The notes under the pieces: model-generated
What the model was told of the DNA's origin: nothing
The model's input: only the letters and a program-made list of their open reading frames with translations
The model's database searches: none
Position numbers and translations under genes: made by a program
Assembly: GCA_020891255.1 (NCBI GenBank)
Contig: BQFW01000015.1
Span: 1,860,001-1,924,000, forward strand
Origin: Entomortierella parvispora E1425
Taxonomy: Eukaryota; Fungi; Mortierellomycota
Length of the DNA: 64,000 bases
Reading direction: 5' to 3'
Shown: piece by piece, positions 22,396 to 35,361 of the stretch
How the letters are laid out: each line of letters opens with the position of its first letter
Numbering within the stretch: position 1 is the first letter of the stretch

Positions 22396-25353
22396 ATGGA
22401 GTCCTCGCCCATTTCCTCAGCAACCTCGCCTGCTCCTTCGGCCTCGTCCACAGCCACACTGTTTCCAGACCAGGAGGAAACCCTCTACCGGGTTAAACCA
22501 CCAAAATCCAACAACGACTGCCGCTTCTACAGCCCCAACCTCCCGTCGAGCTCGGTCTTTGATAAGCTTGACAGTCGGCAATCGCACTCAGAGTCCAGTG
22601 TGGCTCTCGCAACCATTGCGAATGCGCCCAGGAAAAGAGCAGTGGAGTCGCCAACGATGCGATCGCGGGTGCCACACAAGGGTCTAGGCAATAGGTTGAC
22701 GGACGGTTTGAATCGTGACTACCTTGCTCTGAATAGATATCAGAATGAAGCGAGCCTCCCACCACCGCCTTTGGGAAGACAGCCCTTCATCGACCCTCGC
22801 GTGTCGAACCAAGAGGAGGCATTTGTACACTCCAATCGCAAAGACGACTTTTGGAACGACTCTGAGGACACGCCCGAAATGAAGAGCAATAAGAGACCCA
22901 AGAGTGAGCTGCGAGATAGGAAGGCTCGAACAGTTCATGTCACCACCAAGATACCGCGACCTCTGATGCGACGATCGACGAACAGCATGATTGAAGGCCT
23001 ATGTATAGGAGGCAATGATGAGGACGAAGAAACGACTCCCAATCTGTATTTGAACGACCCGCTCCTAATCGGTATCAAATCAGGGACGCGTAGTAGAAGA
23101 CCTCTCCAGGACATATCCATGACTGTGGCTGAGGCAGACGTTTCGGTAAGTTTGCTCAGCTCACGAGCGTGCATGAGAGTGCGTGTGGACGAAAGAGAGA
23201 AAGAGAGAGAGAGCGGGAGAGAAGGTAGGAGAGCATTCGGAAATGCATGCGACAAAGCGTGTTTGTGTGTGTGTGCCTGCGTCCATGTACAGCACCTGGG
23301 GACAACTTGCCGATTGCTTTACCAGTCCTCTACCTGTTCATTGTGACCCTCCTCATCCCATCTTGGAAGGTCATCTCTGAGGGGAGTTGGAAAAAACAAC
23401 TCGGTGTTCGCCCCTCTCTCGATAGTCCCTTGCAGTCAGCAAGAGGCAAAACAAAGGCTAAAACACCAATGCAGATGGTCGAATTTCCTTTTTTGAGTGG
23501 TGGCCAAAGACGTCCGTTGGGAAGAGCAAGATCTAGCTAAACCTGCGACGCGTCAATTGACGGTGTTGTTGTCGACGTTCTTGTTATTGTTTTGTTGCTG
23601 CTGTTGATGCCGATACGACCCCTTTCTGCAGTGTTGGGTGCAGATTCAATCACTCCTTTTTTTTTTTTTTTACTTTCTCTTGGTCGATTTCAATTGACGC
23701 GACCTGGCTCATATACTGACTTGCTTCTCCTTCCTCTCTCTTCCTTCTCTATATACCCCTGTGTGTGGGTGTCTCTCTACTTGTATTTCTGTCTTTGGAG
23801 CAGCTGGTGGAATCCTTTGGCATTGACGGACCTCCAACCCCAACATACCCCGCTAAAGGTGATTGCCAATCCATCCACGAACTCGACGCGTGCAATGTTA
23901 CACAACATGTTTTTGTTTCGATTGCCACGTCGACTGTCCCAAAAACAGCAAATGAATGTAAATCGTCCACACACGATGATTTATTTCTTTCCGTGCGCTG
24001 GACGCTCACGCACGATATGCTTTCTTTTTGTTCCTCCCTCTGCGCATGTCTTTTAGTGACAAAAAAACCAAAGCTGGTCGTCAAGAGCCCCTTCCCAGAA
24101 AACGAGTTTTATTGGGAAGAGTACGCAAACGATTCGCTTGAATACTTACAGGAGGTTGAGGTAGAGCCTCTCTTGCACACTTGGCTTTGATAGGTGATGG
24201 TGCTTGTCGTTTGCCTGTTTCTCTAACCTTAGGTTTGGAAACTTGATGAATGCTTGTAGAGTCGCCACAGTCGCCACAACTATCTTTTACACCAGCAGCA
24301 ACTCCTCCCTAGAATGCGTCTCACGCTTGTTGAGTGGCTAATCGAGATGAGCTATGGTGTCTTTGACTTTCAGACTTCCACGCTGCATTGCGCTGGTGAG
24401 TGACGGTTGCTGCTTACTCTATAGTTGCTATTCAGCACTACAGTACCTTTCATTGACAACATCTTTCTCCCACCAATTCAGTTCATATAATGGACCGATA
24501 TTTAAGTGTAAGAGTAGGCAATCCTGTTCCTGTAGACAAACTTCAATGCGCAGGCTTGTGCTCTCTGATGATTGCTGGGTAAGTTTTAAGTAGCAGTCCC
24601 TTGCTTTCTATGACCTCTTCTCTGGCACATCGGAACCAGTATCTGACTCTCTACTCCATGACTCTATAGAAAACTTGACGAGAACGTCAAAACGTTTAGC
24701 ACGAGCGACCTTACTGCTCTGTGTTTGGACGCCTACTCAAAGAAGGAGATCGCGCTCACTGAACTGGACATTCTCGTCAGTCTAAATTTCGATATGGTGG
24801 CGGCAACATCAAACAGCTTTGCAGAGTACTTCAAAAGAGCTATACCCGAGGATCCATTGACTACACCTTTGGTTGATGTAAGATGAGAAACCTCCACGCA
24901 GATTGCCACATCTATTTTGCAAATGACTAACCCCATACCCTCATACTTCAACTTCGTCTTTAGTTCCTTTGCGATTTAGGCCTGGTGTCAGACCAGCTTC
25001 TACCCTTCACAGCCTCCCGAATCGCCGCCTCTGTAAGACATGATGACCATCGCTGCATGGGTAAAACTAGGAGAGGCGTGGGAAGTTTACCTGCTCACCA
25101 ATTCTTTCGATACATTTAGGCACTCTATATAGCTGTCGGAGCAAAAGATTCGTCGTGGACTGCAGACCTCGTTGAGCTCACGCGGTATTCTAGTGCTGAA
25201 TTAAACCCCTGTCTAGCTGCCTTCCAGCAGCTGGTCGGGGAAGATCTCGCATTAGATCTGCGGTTCCTCGGGGCAAGATACCAGGTAGACCAATGTCTCG
25301 AGTCTGCGCGTCAAACCCTCTACTCCTTCCATTCGGCCCGCCCCGTTTACTAG
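22396..25353 (+). CDS. Divergent A/B-type cyclin with long N-terminal extension (multi-exon; linkage of exons 23146-23803 uncertain)
   Basis: Cyclin box assembled from exons: EEYANDSLEYLQEVE / NYLLHQQQLLPRMRLTLVEWLIEM...TLHCAV / HIMDRYLS..LQCAGLCSLMIA / KLDE...DAYSKKEIALTELDILVSLNFD / ASRIAAS. Stop TAG 25351-25353. Confidence 0.8.
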
Positions 25354-25529
25354 GACATCCATAGTCGCGTTTCTCAAAGACAAAATCACCAAAAAAAAAA
25401 AAGAAAATCATTTGTGTCACGTGCATTCATTCGTCGCCCGCTTTTCTTTCCATCTGGTTCTTTTATTGCATGCGTCCATTTTGACGTTCATCTTTATCCT
25501 CTCCTCTACACCACATTCCCACCCATACC

Positions 25530-27391
25530 ATGGCTGACGACAAGCAGAAACATCTCGTGTTCTCTATCCTCGAGTTCCTCCAGACCTCCATCAACAACGG
25601 CACCATCAAGCAGGATGACGCTGAGGGAGTCGAAGGTACTGACTCATTAGGACCCGTCAGGGCTAGAACTGCACCTTGGCCTGGATGGACGCGACGCTCA
25701 GAAGGGATCAGCTCTCTCACCCTCTAGACTCGAAAATTGACGGCTCTGTTTTCATTCTCTCATAGTTGCCATCCAGTGCATTGGAGAGGCCTTTGGCGTT
25801 GATCTGACCGAAGCCGCTCAGGCACAGACCTACAGCACCAAGCCCGCTACTCTCGTGTCTATCTTTGACGTCTTTGTCAATGCCCAGAAGAAGCTTGGAA
25901 ACAAGGTAGGGGCGCGAAACTACTCTCTACTGCAGCACAGACATCATGGATTCAACGGAACAGGACGTCGATAACGGGCAAGGATGCTGCCCATACACAA
26001 CGGTGGAGAGTCCACGATCGGCTGGAGCTGGAGTGACAAAACCGAGAAACACTTCCCTCTCCCACGCTGCCGCCCGAATGAACAACCGGCACAGAACAAT
26101 CGATACTTTGGACAAGTCTTGGCAGCGGACTCATATATTCTAATTCTTCTCTCTTGATAGCACGCCGCCGCCTCTGCTGCTTCCTCCACTGCCTCCGCCT
26201 CTGCTGCCTCTGCTGCTGCTGCTACCCCTGCCAAGGCTTCCGAGCCCACTGCTGAGCAAAAGAAGAATGCTGAGGAATTGAAGGTTGCAGGTAAACCTCA
26301 CCTCCTGCCTCAGTGTGTGATATAGTCAATGCACCATCCAGTCGGCTAACGAATTTTTTTATTTATTTTTTATTATTTTGGCTTCTACTAGGAAACCGCA
26401 AGGTCAATGAGAAGGAGTACGCCGAGGCCATTCGCTTGTACGGCGAGGCCATCGTTTTGAACCCCAACAACGCTGTCTACTATGCCAACCGGTAATATTT
26501 CAGTGACACACACTGTCATTAGCTGCGAATGTTGACATGTTTCTATACAAGAGCCGTATCCTAACATTTGACTACATATTACAACATCCAGTGCTGCTGC
26601 TTACAGTCAGATGGGCGATCACCAGAACGCCATTTCTGACTCTCTCAAGGCCGCTGAGGTGGATCCCTCTTACAGCAAGGCCTACTCCCGTCTCGGCCAC
26701 GCTTACTTCTCTGTCGGAAAGTACAAGGAGGCCGTGACCGCATACGAGAAGGGTTTGGCTCTTGAGCCCAACAATGCCACCATGAAGAGCTCCCTTGCCA
26801 CCGCCCGTGTCAAGGCCCGTGATAACGAGGTTGCTCCTTCTGCCCGCGGCGGAGCTGGTGCTGGACCCGGTGCTGGAGGATTGCCTGCTGGATTCCCCGA
26901 TTTGAGCGCATTGGGTGGCGGTGCCGGTGGTATGCCCGATCTGGCCAGCTTGATGAGCAACCCTGCTTTGATGAACATGGCTCAGCAGATGATGCAGTCT
27001 GGTGCCTTGAACTCGTTGATGAGCAACCCTGCCATGCAGCAAATGGCTCAGCGCATGATGTCCGGAGGCGGTACCCCTAGCATGGAGGAGATGATGAGGA
27101 ATCCCGAGCTTGCTGAGGCGTAAGTGAAGACATGGATGTACCAGGATTGTTCTTCTTTTCCGGTCATTATGGAGAACTTGAAACCTAACGTTTATTGTTA
27201 TTTTGACACATCGTAGTGCCCGTGGCTTGATGGGTGGTGGCATGGGAGGTGCTCCCCAGCCCCCTCAGGATGATGAGTCGAGTAAGTGGCTACCCCAATC
27301 CATCTTTATCCTGTTACTCATGTTGACCATTGTTCTGTCTTCTAACAAATTTTCCATTTTTCATTTGTTCTCCTTTCAAATAGTGCTGTAA
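25530..27391 (+). CDS. SGT2: TPR co-chaperone Sgt2/SGTA (multi-exon)
   Basis: N-terminal dimerization domain (LVFSILEFL...EGVEVAIQCIGEAFGVD), three TPRs (AEELKVAGN, NNAVYYANRAAAY, DPSYSKAYSRLG), and Met/Gln-rich STI1-like tail (LMSNPALMNMAQQMM). Confidence 0.93.
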
Positions 27392-27463
27392 ATAGCTATG
27401 TTTTCAAACATAAAAAACAACAAGAAGATACCGTGCTGTCCATTTTTTTTATTTATATATTAT

Positions 27464-28852
27464 TTACAAGATGTGTTGACGCCTGAAGAGCGTCATGTAC
27501 TGGAATCCGGAATGAAGCATAGACCAGCTTCCTGGATCTAACCCGACTTGGTCGTATGGATATTCTAGCATGTTGGGTGAATAGAGGTTCACGCCAGGTG
27601 GAGAGATCAGGCGGACAAATTCTTCCAGGATCGCGTTTGAAGCTGTTGCACTGGAGGTCTGAGGGAGATATTCCACCTAACAAAAGCGACGCTGGTTAAT
27701 CCTCAATTGCTCAAGAGAATAAATCTCTTCGTTGGAAGATGGACATGAATGTAACAAATAGTGCTTACCTCGATAAGCATGCCCTTGTAACTTGTCGATC
27801 CAACCATGATGTTGCCCACTCTTACAATAAAGTCGCCCAGATCAAATACATACCCCTAAATATGTCCAGGTAAGAAACAAAACGAAAATCCAAAAAGGGA
27901 GAGGTGAGTTTTAGTTACCAGGATTTTGAACAATGTCGAGGCGAATAAAGCAAAAAAAGAAGAAACGTACATCGACTTGAGCATGTTGACGGTGCACCCA
28001 GAGGTTCTTTAGTTTTGCGATCAATGCCTCGATATCCTTTTCAACCTCGACAAGAACAGCCTTTCGCTTCGGTGTAGAGTCGAGTCCTCCTGTGGGTCCA
28101 CTGCTCATGGGGGTGTTTGCGACACTCGATGTTGCAGACGAAGGCAAGGCCGAGGAAGGCACTCCCACAGCACCATCATCAATAAGACACCAAGCAGTGG
28201 TATTGTAGGCATCTACTTGGCCTGCACCTGCACCTCCTGCTCCTGCTCCTGCACTTCCAGGGCCGCCTGATCCGGCGGCGCCAGGGCCACCTGCTACCGA
28301 GGGCATGATGCCCAGCCCAGTCTTTCCGGCTCCTCCTGGTCCAGTGGCCGCTCCAGGATTTCCTGCACCACCCACACCGCCTGCAACACCACCGCCGACA
28401 CCACCTTGTCCTGCAGCTCCGGAAACGCCGACGCCCTGTCCAGCAGCTTGTTGTCCAGAGACGCCACCGACGACGCCGCCTGCAGATCCAGGACCGGCTC
28501 CAGGGCCTCCACCGAGGGCACCACCAGCCCCGGCACCGATATTACCGCCGCCCAAACCACCCATGCCCGAGCCACTGATATTGGCGGCCGCGGCGGCCGC
28601 GGCGGTCGAGTTTGCCGAGAGAGCGCCAGCGGGAAGTCCTTTGGTGGTGGCGCCTCCTTGGACATGGACGACATGCATCATTTTGCCGGTGCCAGATTTC
28701 GAGACGGGGCTGATGTCTCGAAACACTTTCCAGTTGATGGTCCATCGGCCGATGGGGGTGCCATGGAACTGCTTGTGGAGTCTGTCGGTGAGGAGGGTGA
28801 GGGATTGTTGACCGTTGGCATCCTTCCAATGGACGAGACAGGTGGCGCCCAT
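27464..28852 (-). CDS. MED20: Mediator head subunit Med20/Srb2 with Gly/Ala-rich insertion (3 exons)
   Basis: MGATCLVHW...GRWTINWKVFRD. Spliced GYVFDLGDFIVRVGNI....YKGMLIE|VEYLP; H...QYMTLF near the end. Stop at 27464. Confidence 0.8.
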
Positions 28853-29192
28853 TTTTGAGGATTAGAGAGAGAGAGAGATTGGGATGGACGATGCAGAGAC
28901 AGTAAGGCCGATGAAGAGGAAGGAAGAGAGGAAAGAGGAGGAAAGGAAGGAAGGGGAGGAAAGAGAAGGGAGGAAAGAGGAGAGAAAAGTAGATAGACAA
29001 GGACGATTCTCGGAAGCAAGAATGAATGAATCAAGATGAATGAAGTGAGAGAGATCAAGGAACGCGTTGAAGACTTGAAGTCAAGAAAAAAAGGGAGGAG
29101 AGAAAGAAATGGTGGCGTCTGTCTGTCTGTCTGTGCCCGTGTGTGTGCTGGGAAGGAGGGAAAGAAGGAACGAAGGAAAGAAGGAATGAAGG

Positions 29193-29248
29193 AACAGACA
29201 AACAGACAAACAGACAAACAGACAAACAGACAAACAGACAAACAGACA
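29193..29248. repeat. (AACAGACA)7 tandem repeat
   Basis: Seven perfect 8-mers in the MED20/RdRP divergent intergenic region. Confidence 0.9.
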
Positions 29249-29906
29249 GCCCCTGTCGATGCTGTCCATGCATCCTTTACTTCGCCTTCGCCTTCTTTCA
29301 TCCTTTGTCCGTGTCCACACTTTCGCACACAACAGGACTGATTGACGGACTGCACACTCCGACATTGCACACACCCACTTGGCACAGTACTAGTACTGCA
29401 CAGTACAGTGCTGCACATACGACGTCCATCCATCCATCACTGCACACAACAACACACACACTCACACACACACACGTCGCATCCACTCCACGCGCCGAAA
29501 GAAAAAAAAAAAAAGCTTTTTTGTTTCGTGCGTTCCTCTCCCCTGTCGCTCCCCTCATTCCCCCTTCTTCCCTGTTCCTTTTTGTCTTTCATTCGTTCAT
29601 TCATTCGTTCCTTTCTTCCTTTCTGCCTTTCTTCTTTTCATCCTTTTCCTTCGTGTCCTCCTTCCTTTCCTTTCTTTTCTCAACGTTCTCTCTCCTTCTC
29701 TCTCTTTCAGCTCTTTCGCTCCTTGCATCCATCGCCTGTGCACCAGCCCTCCCTCCCCCCATTCAAATGCCATCAAGCCCGTGATGGCTCACGCTGTGCG
29801 ACCCTTTCGGCCCGTTCCTGTCAACAGTCGTGGGCTCAAGCCCTCCCCTCTCCTCCCCTCTTTTCCTCCTGCCCCTCACCAGCTCCCGTCTCGATCAAGC
29901 GCCAGT

Positions 29907-32900
29907 ATGGCCTTTGAAGCCCTTTCGCAAGAACTCTACAGTCGGCCCCAGGACGAACCCGTTCGTCTTCGCTTCAAGAAACAAGGCCCTAAACCCAAAG
30001 TCAACGATCTAAAGCTCCTTCTAGACCCCTTTGGCCGCATCCACGATCTCACTGTCGATCCGAAAGAAGACGGCAGTCCGGGATGGAACGTCTCGGTCCT
30101 GTTCACTACACGTCCACAAAGGATCCCTGAACTCCTTCGCCTCAAGATAGACGAGCAATCCTTGGACTGGTCCCTTGCTCCCTTCAGCAGCATACAACGA
30201 CCCAATACCGAAGGAAGGAGCATTGAGCTGGGCGTGAAACTCAACAACAACACCTTCTACTCGACATTTTGCGCTCGATCCAACGTCAAGATCCAGATAA
30301 AGGAACACGTCCGAGTCCTGAAAATTGATTTCTCAAGGCGGTTCGAGAGGGACGGCGAGGTCGAATACGAGATCGAGTCTAGGTTTGAGACCATGGAGCA
30401 AGGCTGCATCCAGATCGAACGAACTAAACACGGACCTGCCGTTATCACGATCCAGCTACGATATCCGCCCATCTTCTCGCGATTTGATCCAAATATCAAA
30501 GCAACTGATGAAAACAAGTGGTCCCGTGGCAACAGTTTGCGGCGTGTCTTGGATATTCCTGTGGAGGGGGCAGAGAAGCCCGGAGCGCCGACTGGAGGTC
30601 GGGATCAAAAGAGACCAACGGAGCCCAACCCTGGCAACGTGTGGGCCAAGTTGGGCAAGTGGCTCATCATCAGAGTCACGGTGGAAGGACGCCATAGGGA
30701 CAAAATGGAAATGTTTGCCATCAAGTGCCAAAAATACAACCTATTGGCGCCTACTGGCCCGCCCATGAGTATTCAGGACAAGCTCGATGTGCCCGTGCCG
30801 AGGGTGGACCTGCTTCGCGATATACCCTTCGACGTACGCTATCTACTGGAATCCGCTATATCACACAACTATCTTTTGGAATACGATCTTACAGAGACGT
30901 TCTGCAACATGCTACTTGGACTTGAGCCTGCAAAGGCGTCCTATATCTTGGAAAGCATTGTCGCCGATCGCAAGCGTATCTGGAACCCAGAAGAGCACTT
31001 GGCCATAGAGATCAAGAAACTGGAGAGAACCACCATTCGACCTCGCATTGTGCCCAATCAGTGCGTTTACCTTCGAAAGATCACGGTCACGCCCACAACT
31101 GTCTATCTGCTCCAACCAACCGTCGAGACGTCCAACAGAATCATCCGCAACTTCTCCAGTCTGAGCGACTACTTTCTCCGCGTCGAGTTTTCGGATGAGG
31201 GACATCAGAAATTGTGGCCGACTGTCCCTAAACAACAAAATAGTGCGATCCACAACCGCATTTTTGAAACCCTGGGCAATGGAGTCTTGATCGGATATCG
31301 CAAATACGAATTCCTGGCCTTCTCTGCAAGTCAGTTGCGCGAAAATGCAGCCTGGTTCTTTTGTTCCGAGAAGGGCGAGGAGACACCAGACACGATTCGC
31401 GCGTGGATGGGTGATTTCTCCCACATCAGATCCATCGCAAAGTACGGCGCCCGCATGGGCCAGTGTTTTTCGTCCACAACGGCCATCGCTACCCTGCAAT
31501 CGTCCGAGGTAAGGATGATTGACGACATTGAGCATGACGGTCACAACTTTTCAGATGGCTGTGGCAAAATATCTCCAGAACTGGCGCGTCAGATCAGCAT
31601 TGAGCTTGAAAAGGAGACCACCCCCTCTGCATTTCAAATCCGGCTAGGGGGCTCAAAGGGCGTATTGGCTTATTCGGCACATCTACGTGGCCGTCGGGTT
31701 GAGATCCGACCAAGTATGAAGAAGTTTGATGTGGCCCATAACGTCCTGGAGGTCATTAGAACCTCTGGGTTCCTGGGAAGTCATCTGAATCGACAGATCA
31801 TCATCCTGCTTACTAGCCTCGGCGTCCCGGATCAGGTAATTAACGTTATACCACTAATGTCCTTGGTCAATCTGGTAAAAAAAAATCTTTTCTGACAGTC
31901 TGTCTCCAATGAATGGTAGGTTATTTTGGACCTTCGAGACAAGATGGTCCAAAATTTGGACAAGATCGAATCTGACGACCAATTGGCAATGCAGACGCTA
32001 CTTCAGAACTGGGACGAAAATGGAACAAGCAAAATGATGGTCATGATGATCAGGGCTGGTTTCCTGGCACGAAACGACCCCATGATCAAAAACTTGCTGA
32101 CACTGTTCAAACTCCAGTCACTGGAGGAACTTCGAAAAAAGGCTCGTATTTTTGTCCCAAAAGGTGCCTATCTCCTCGGTATCTGCGACGACACGGGCAC
32201 GTTGAAGGAAGGAGAAATTTTTGTCCAAGTCTCCAGCATGGAGACTGCAAACAAAAGGACAGTCATCGAAGGATCGTGTGTCGTCGTGCGGAGCCCCTGT
32301 TTCCACCCTGGTGACGTTCGTGTTGTGCGTGCAGTCAGACGTAGAGAGCTGATGCATCTCCATGATGTAGTTGTGTTCAGCACCAAGGGATTGCGTGGTA
32401 TTCCCAACATGTGCAGTGGCGGCGACCTGGATGGTGACGGTATGTTCCCATGATGCACAATAGAGACTCCTAATACCCTTTCTTTTGGCGACACAGACTA
32501 ATTTTCCGATTTTTTTTTTTTTTCATCTTTGGCACTAGACTTTACGTGAGTAAAAACCACAGTATATCACCACCGACAGCAATACAACACTAGACTAACT
32601 CTTGGAGAAATATCCCTCTCTTTAGGCTGATATGGGACCCCAACATAGTCAATAGAGTCCAGCAAGTACCACCAATGGTATACCACGGGAAAGAGATTTT
32701 AGCAAACAGCGACGTGACCATCGCCGATATTCAGAAATTTTTTGTTCAGTATGCTGTTTCGAACAATCTTGGCGTGATTGCCAACGCCCATTTGGCCTTG
32801 TCAGATCAGCTCGAAGAAGGCCCACGCCATGGAAAGTGCCTGCGTCTTGCACAGCTCCATTCAGATGCAGTCGATTTTCCAAAGAGCGGCAGACCCGCAG

Positions 32901-34033
32901 AGATGATCCCAGAGCTCCGGGCCAAAAAATACCCCGACTTTATGGAAAAGAGGAGCGACCAGAGTTACCCATCCAAGCGAGTTTTGGGAAAGATTTTTCG
33001 CGACTGTGGTAAGCCACTGGTGTTCAGTCCCAAGGACTACAGTGAGTCCTTCAACCGACAGCTGCTCGTTGATGGCTATGAACAATACATGGAGGATGCC
33101 TATCGGTGCAAGGCTGAATATGACGACGAGGTGCGGTCACTAATGAACCAGTATGGCGTGAAAAGGTTGGTTGCTCGTTCAAGGCATGATTCCCGATCTA
33201 CTTGGCGCCCTTTTACTGCAAATATAACAACTTGCCTTCACTTATTGGATTATAGTGACCTGGAGGTTGTGAGCGGGTTCATTATGGATACAGACATGAT
33301 TACCAACCAACGTGAGCATGAGGTCCGAAAATCCATCGTCGCCGCCTACAAACACATCAAGAAACGCTTCCGACTGGAGCTTGAGAAGCAGTTTTATGGA
33401 CCTGAAGGCAAGACCGTGATGGAGAGCAACATTGATGAAGTCAGAAGGAAAGCCACGGCATGGTACGCAGTTTGTTACCAAAACCTGCACCATGGTCAGC
33501 CCTACACTTTTGCTTGGATCGCCTATGACTATATCTGCGAATCGGCTCTCAGTGTCAGGACCTCGCCTGTCCAAGAAAAGCGTGCCGTCATTCCGGCTCC
33601 GCCTGCAGATGGTGCGACTGAACCATTGCAGGAAGATTTTGGTGCAATCCACGACGAGAGTACGGTTGATCTTCCAGTTGAAAATACCGAGAACCCTTGG
33701 GCTGGAGTAGCCCATCCCAACATGATGGAGTTGGCGATGGCACAGGAACGCGCCAGGGCGGCGCTGGTGTCTGAGCAGAGTACGACCCTTTTTGACCATC
33801 CTGATGTGCAATCGAATACCTCAACCATCTCGTTGCCGTCCATTCGCCTCCCTGATTTTGCGGCTGTAGAATACCCGATGCCAGTTCAGAATGACTTGCC
33901 CTCTGGGGCGCCTACAACTCTGGGGCTTCGCCAAGAGCCGAGGGCCCGTATTTCATACGAGGCTGGAGGATATCTGACTGTTGGTCCCGATGTCACTGAC
34001 GATGAGCTTTTCCAAGCACTATACTTTTCCTGA
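29907..34033 (+). CDS. Eukaryotic RNAi RNA-dependent RNA polymerase (RDR6/SAD-1-like layout with RRM-like N-terminus)
   Basis: RKITVTPT; RIIRNF...FLRVEFSDE; YEFLAFSASQLRE; KYGARMGQCFSST; FSDGCGKIS; PSAFQIRLGGSKGVL; RSPCFHPGD; SGGDLDGD|DFT|LIWDP; AVDFPKSG. Introns at 31836-31919, 32440-32538, 32546-32625 and probably 33166-33255. The upstream ATG near 29784 is an alternative start. Confidence 0.95.
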
Positions 34034-34199
34034 TCAAGATACCTGGCCTTCGTCTGGGCCCCCCTTCTTTTAAAGCAATTCTATAGCGAGCTTTTTTTAC
34101 TTTTTTTGAACAACAGCTCTTTTCTACGTGTCTTCCATTGTGCTGTCGAGACTGGTTGGTCAAAGTGCAATCTGGCATCATTTGCGATTTATGACCCAG

Positions 34200-34938
34200 T
34201 TAATAATACTCTGGCTTGAGCTTCCACCATCCTTTGCCATCATGCGGCGATCTTTCAAGCACCGCAATACCCTTCAGCATCTTTTTGAACACGAGCTGCT
34301 CCACATCGGCGAGTTGACCCTGGAAAAAGGCTACCAACTCTGCACTTTGAACACGTCCACCGTGATCCAGCATGTAATCGCGGATCTTGGTGATCAGACT
34401 CTCTTGAGAACCATCTTGTAGGATTGCAGGATCCTCTCGTGGAGATGAACCCCGAGAGGAAGAAGGAGAAGACCCGATTGCGGATAATGACATTGGGGAT
34501 CCGCGACGAGGTCGATCTTCCTGTTCAAGTCGCTTACGCTCAAGCATTCCCGCCAACAGTGAGGACGAGTTGGTGGCGGAGGTCCCCGATCCCGCCGCAC
34601 CGAACCGACTCGTGCCTGCGAGACCTGCTCGGACTCCCGCGGCAGCCCCTCCCGTGCCACCAGCACGCTGTGGATCCAAGGCAGATGCCACACTTGGATT
34701 GAACACGTTGGCGGTACCGAATCTCTGTTTGGGAGCTGCAGGTGATTCCTGTCGACGCCGGTCGCTTCCCTGTTGCTGCTGCTGCATCAAAAATGTTTTG
34801 GGTGCTCCTGCAGTGCCTGATTTGCCCGTCCATGTGGGTACATCCAGATCTTGGCGCCTGCGCCTCTTTCTGGACTCTTTTAGCGCAGCCATCGCTCGTT
34901 CAGCCACGCGTGTGGCTATTCATACGAGAACGAGACGA

Positions 34939-34969
<31 letters not shown>

Positions 34970-35330
34970 TCCCGAACAAAATGAAGCTGTTTTCAGCAAA
35001 ATTACCTTCACGCTCAACAATTAGATGCTCTTGCTTGGCTGAATCCATAATCTCGTCGTGCTTCAGAGCACTGTGTACGCCTGACGATGCAAAGAGATTG
35101 CTCAGGATATTGGTTTCTGCCTCATCGTGCGCCGCCGAAGAGGAAGAATGAGACGGGGCCCTGTCCACTGACGCTGACGCTGACGATGACGACTTGTTAT
35201 TAAACTTGAGCTCCGCATCTTCTTCTCCTTCCATGACTCCTCCTGGAAGTGATCCTGATTCGCGTGGCATTTTACTAGAAAAAAAATCCATAGGTCAGAC
35301 AATGAAAAGTCTTTGCCTTAATCTCCACCC

Positions 35331-35361
<31 letters not shown>

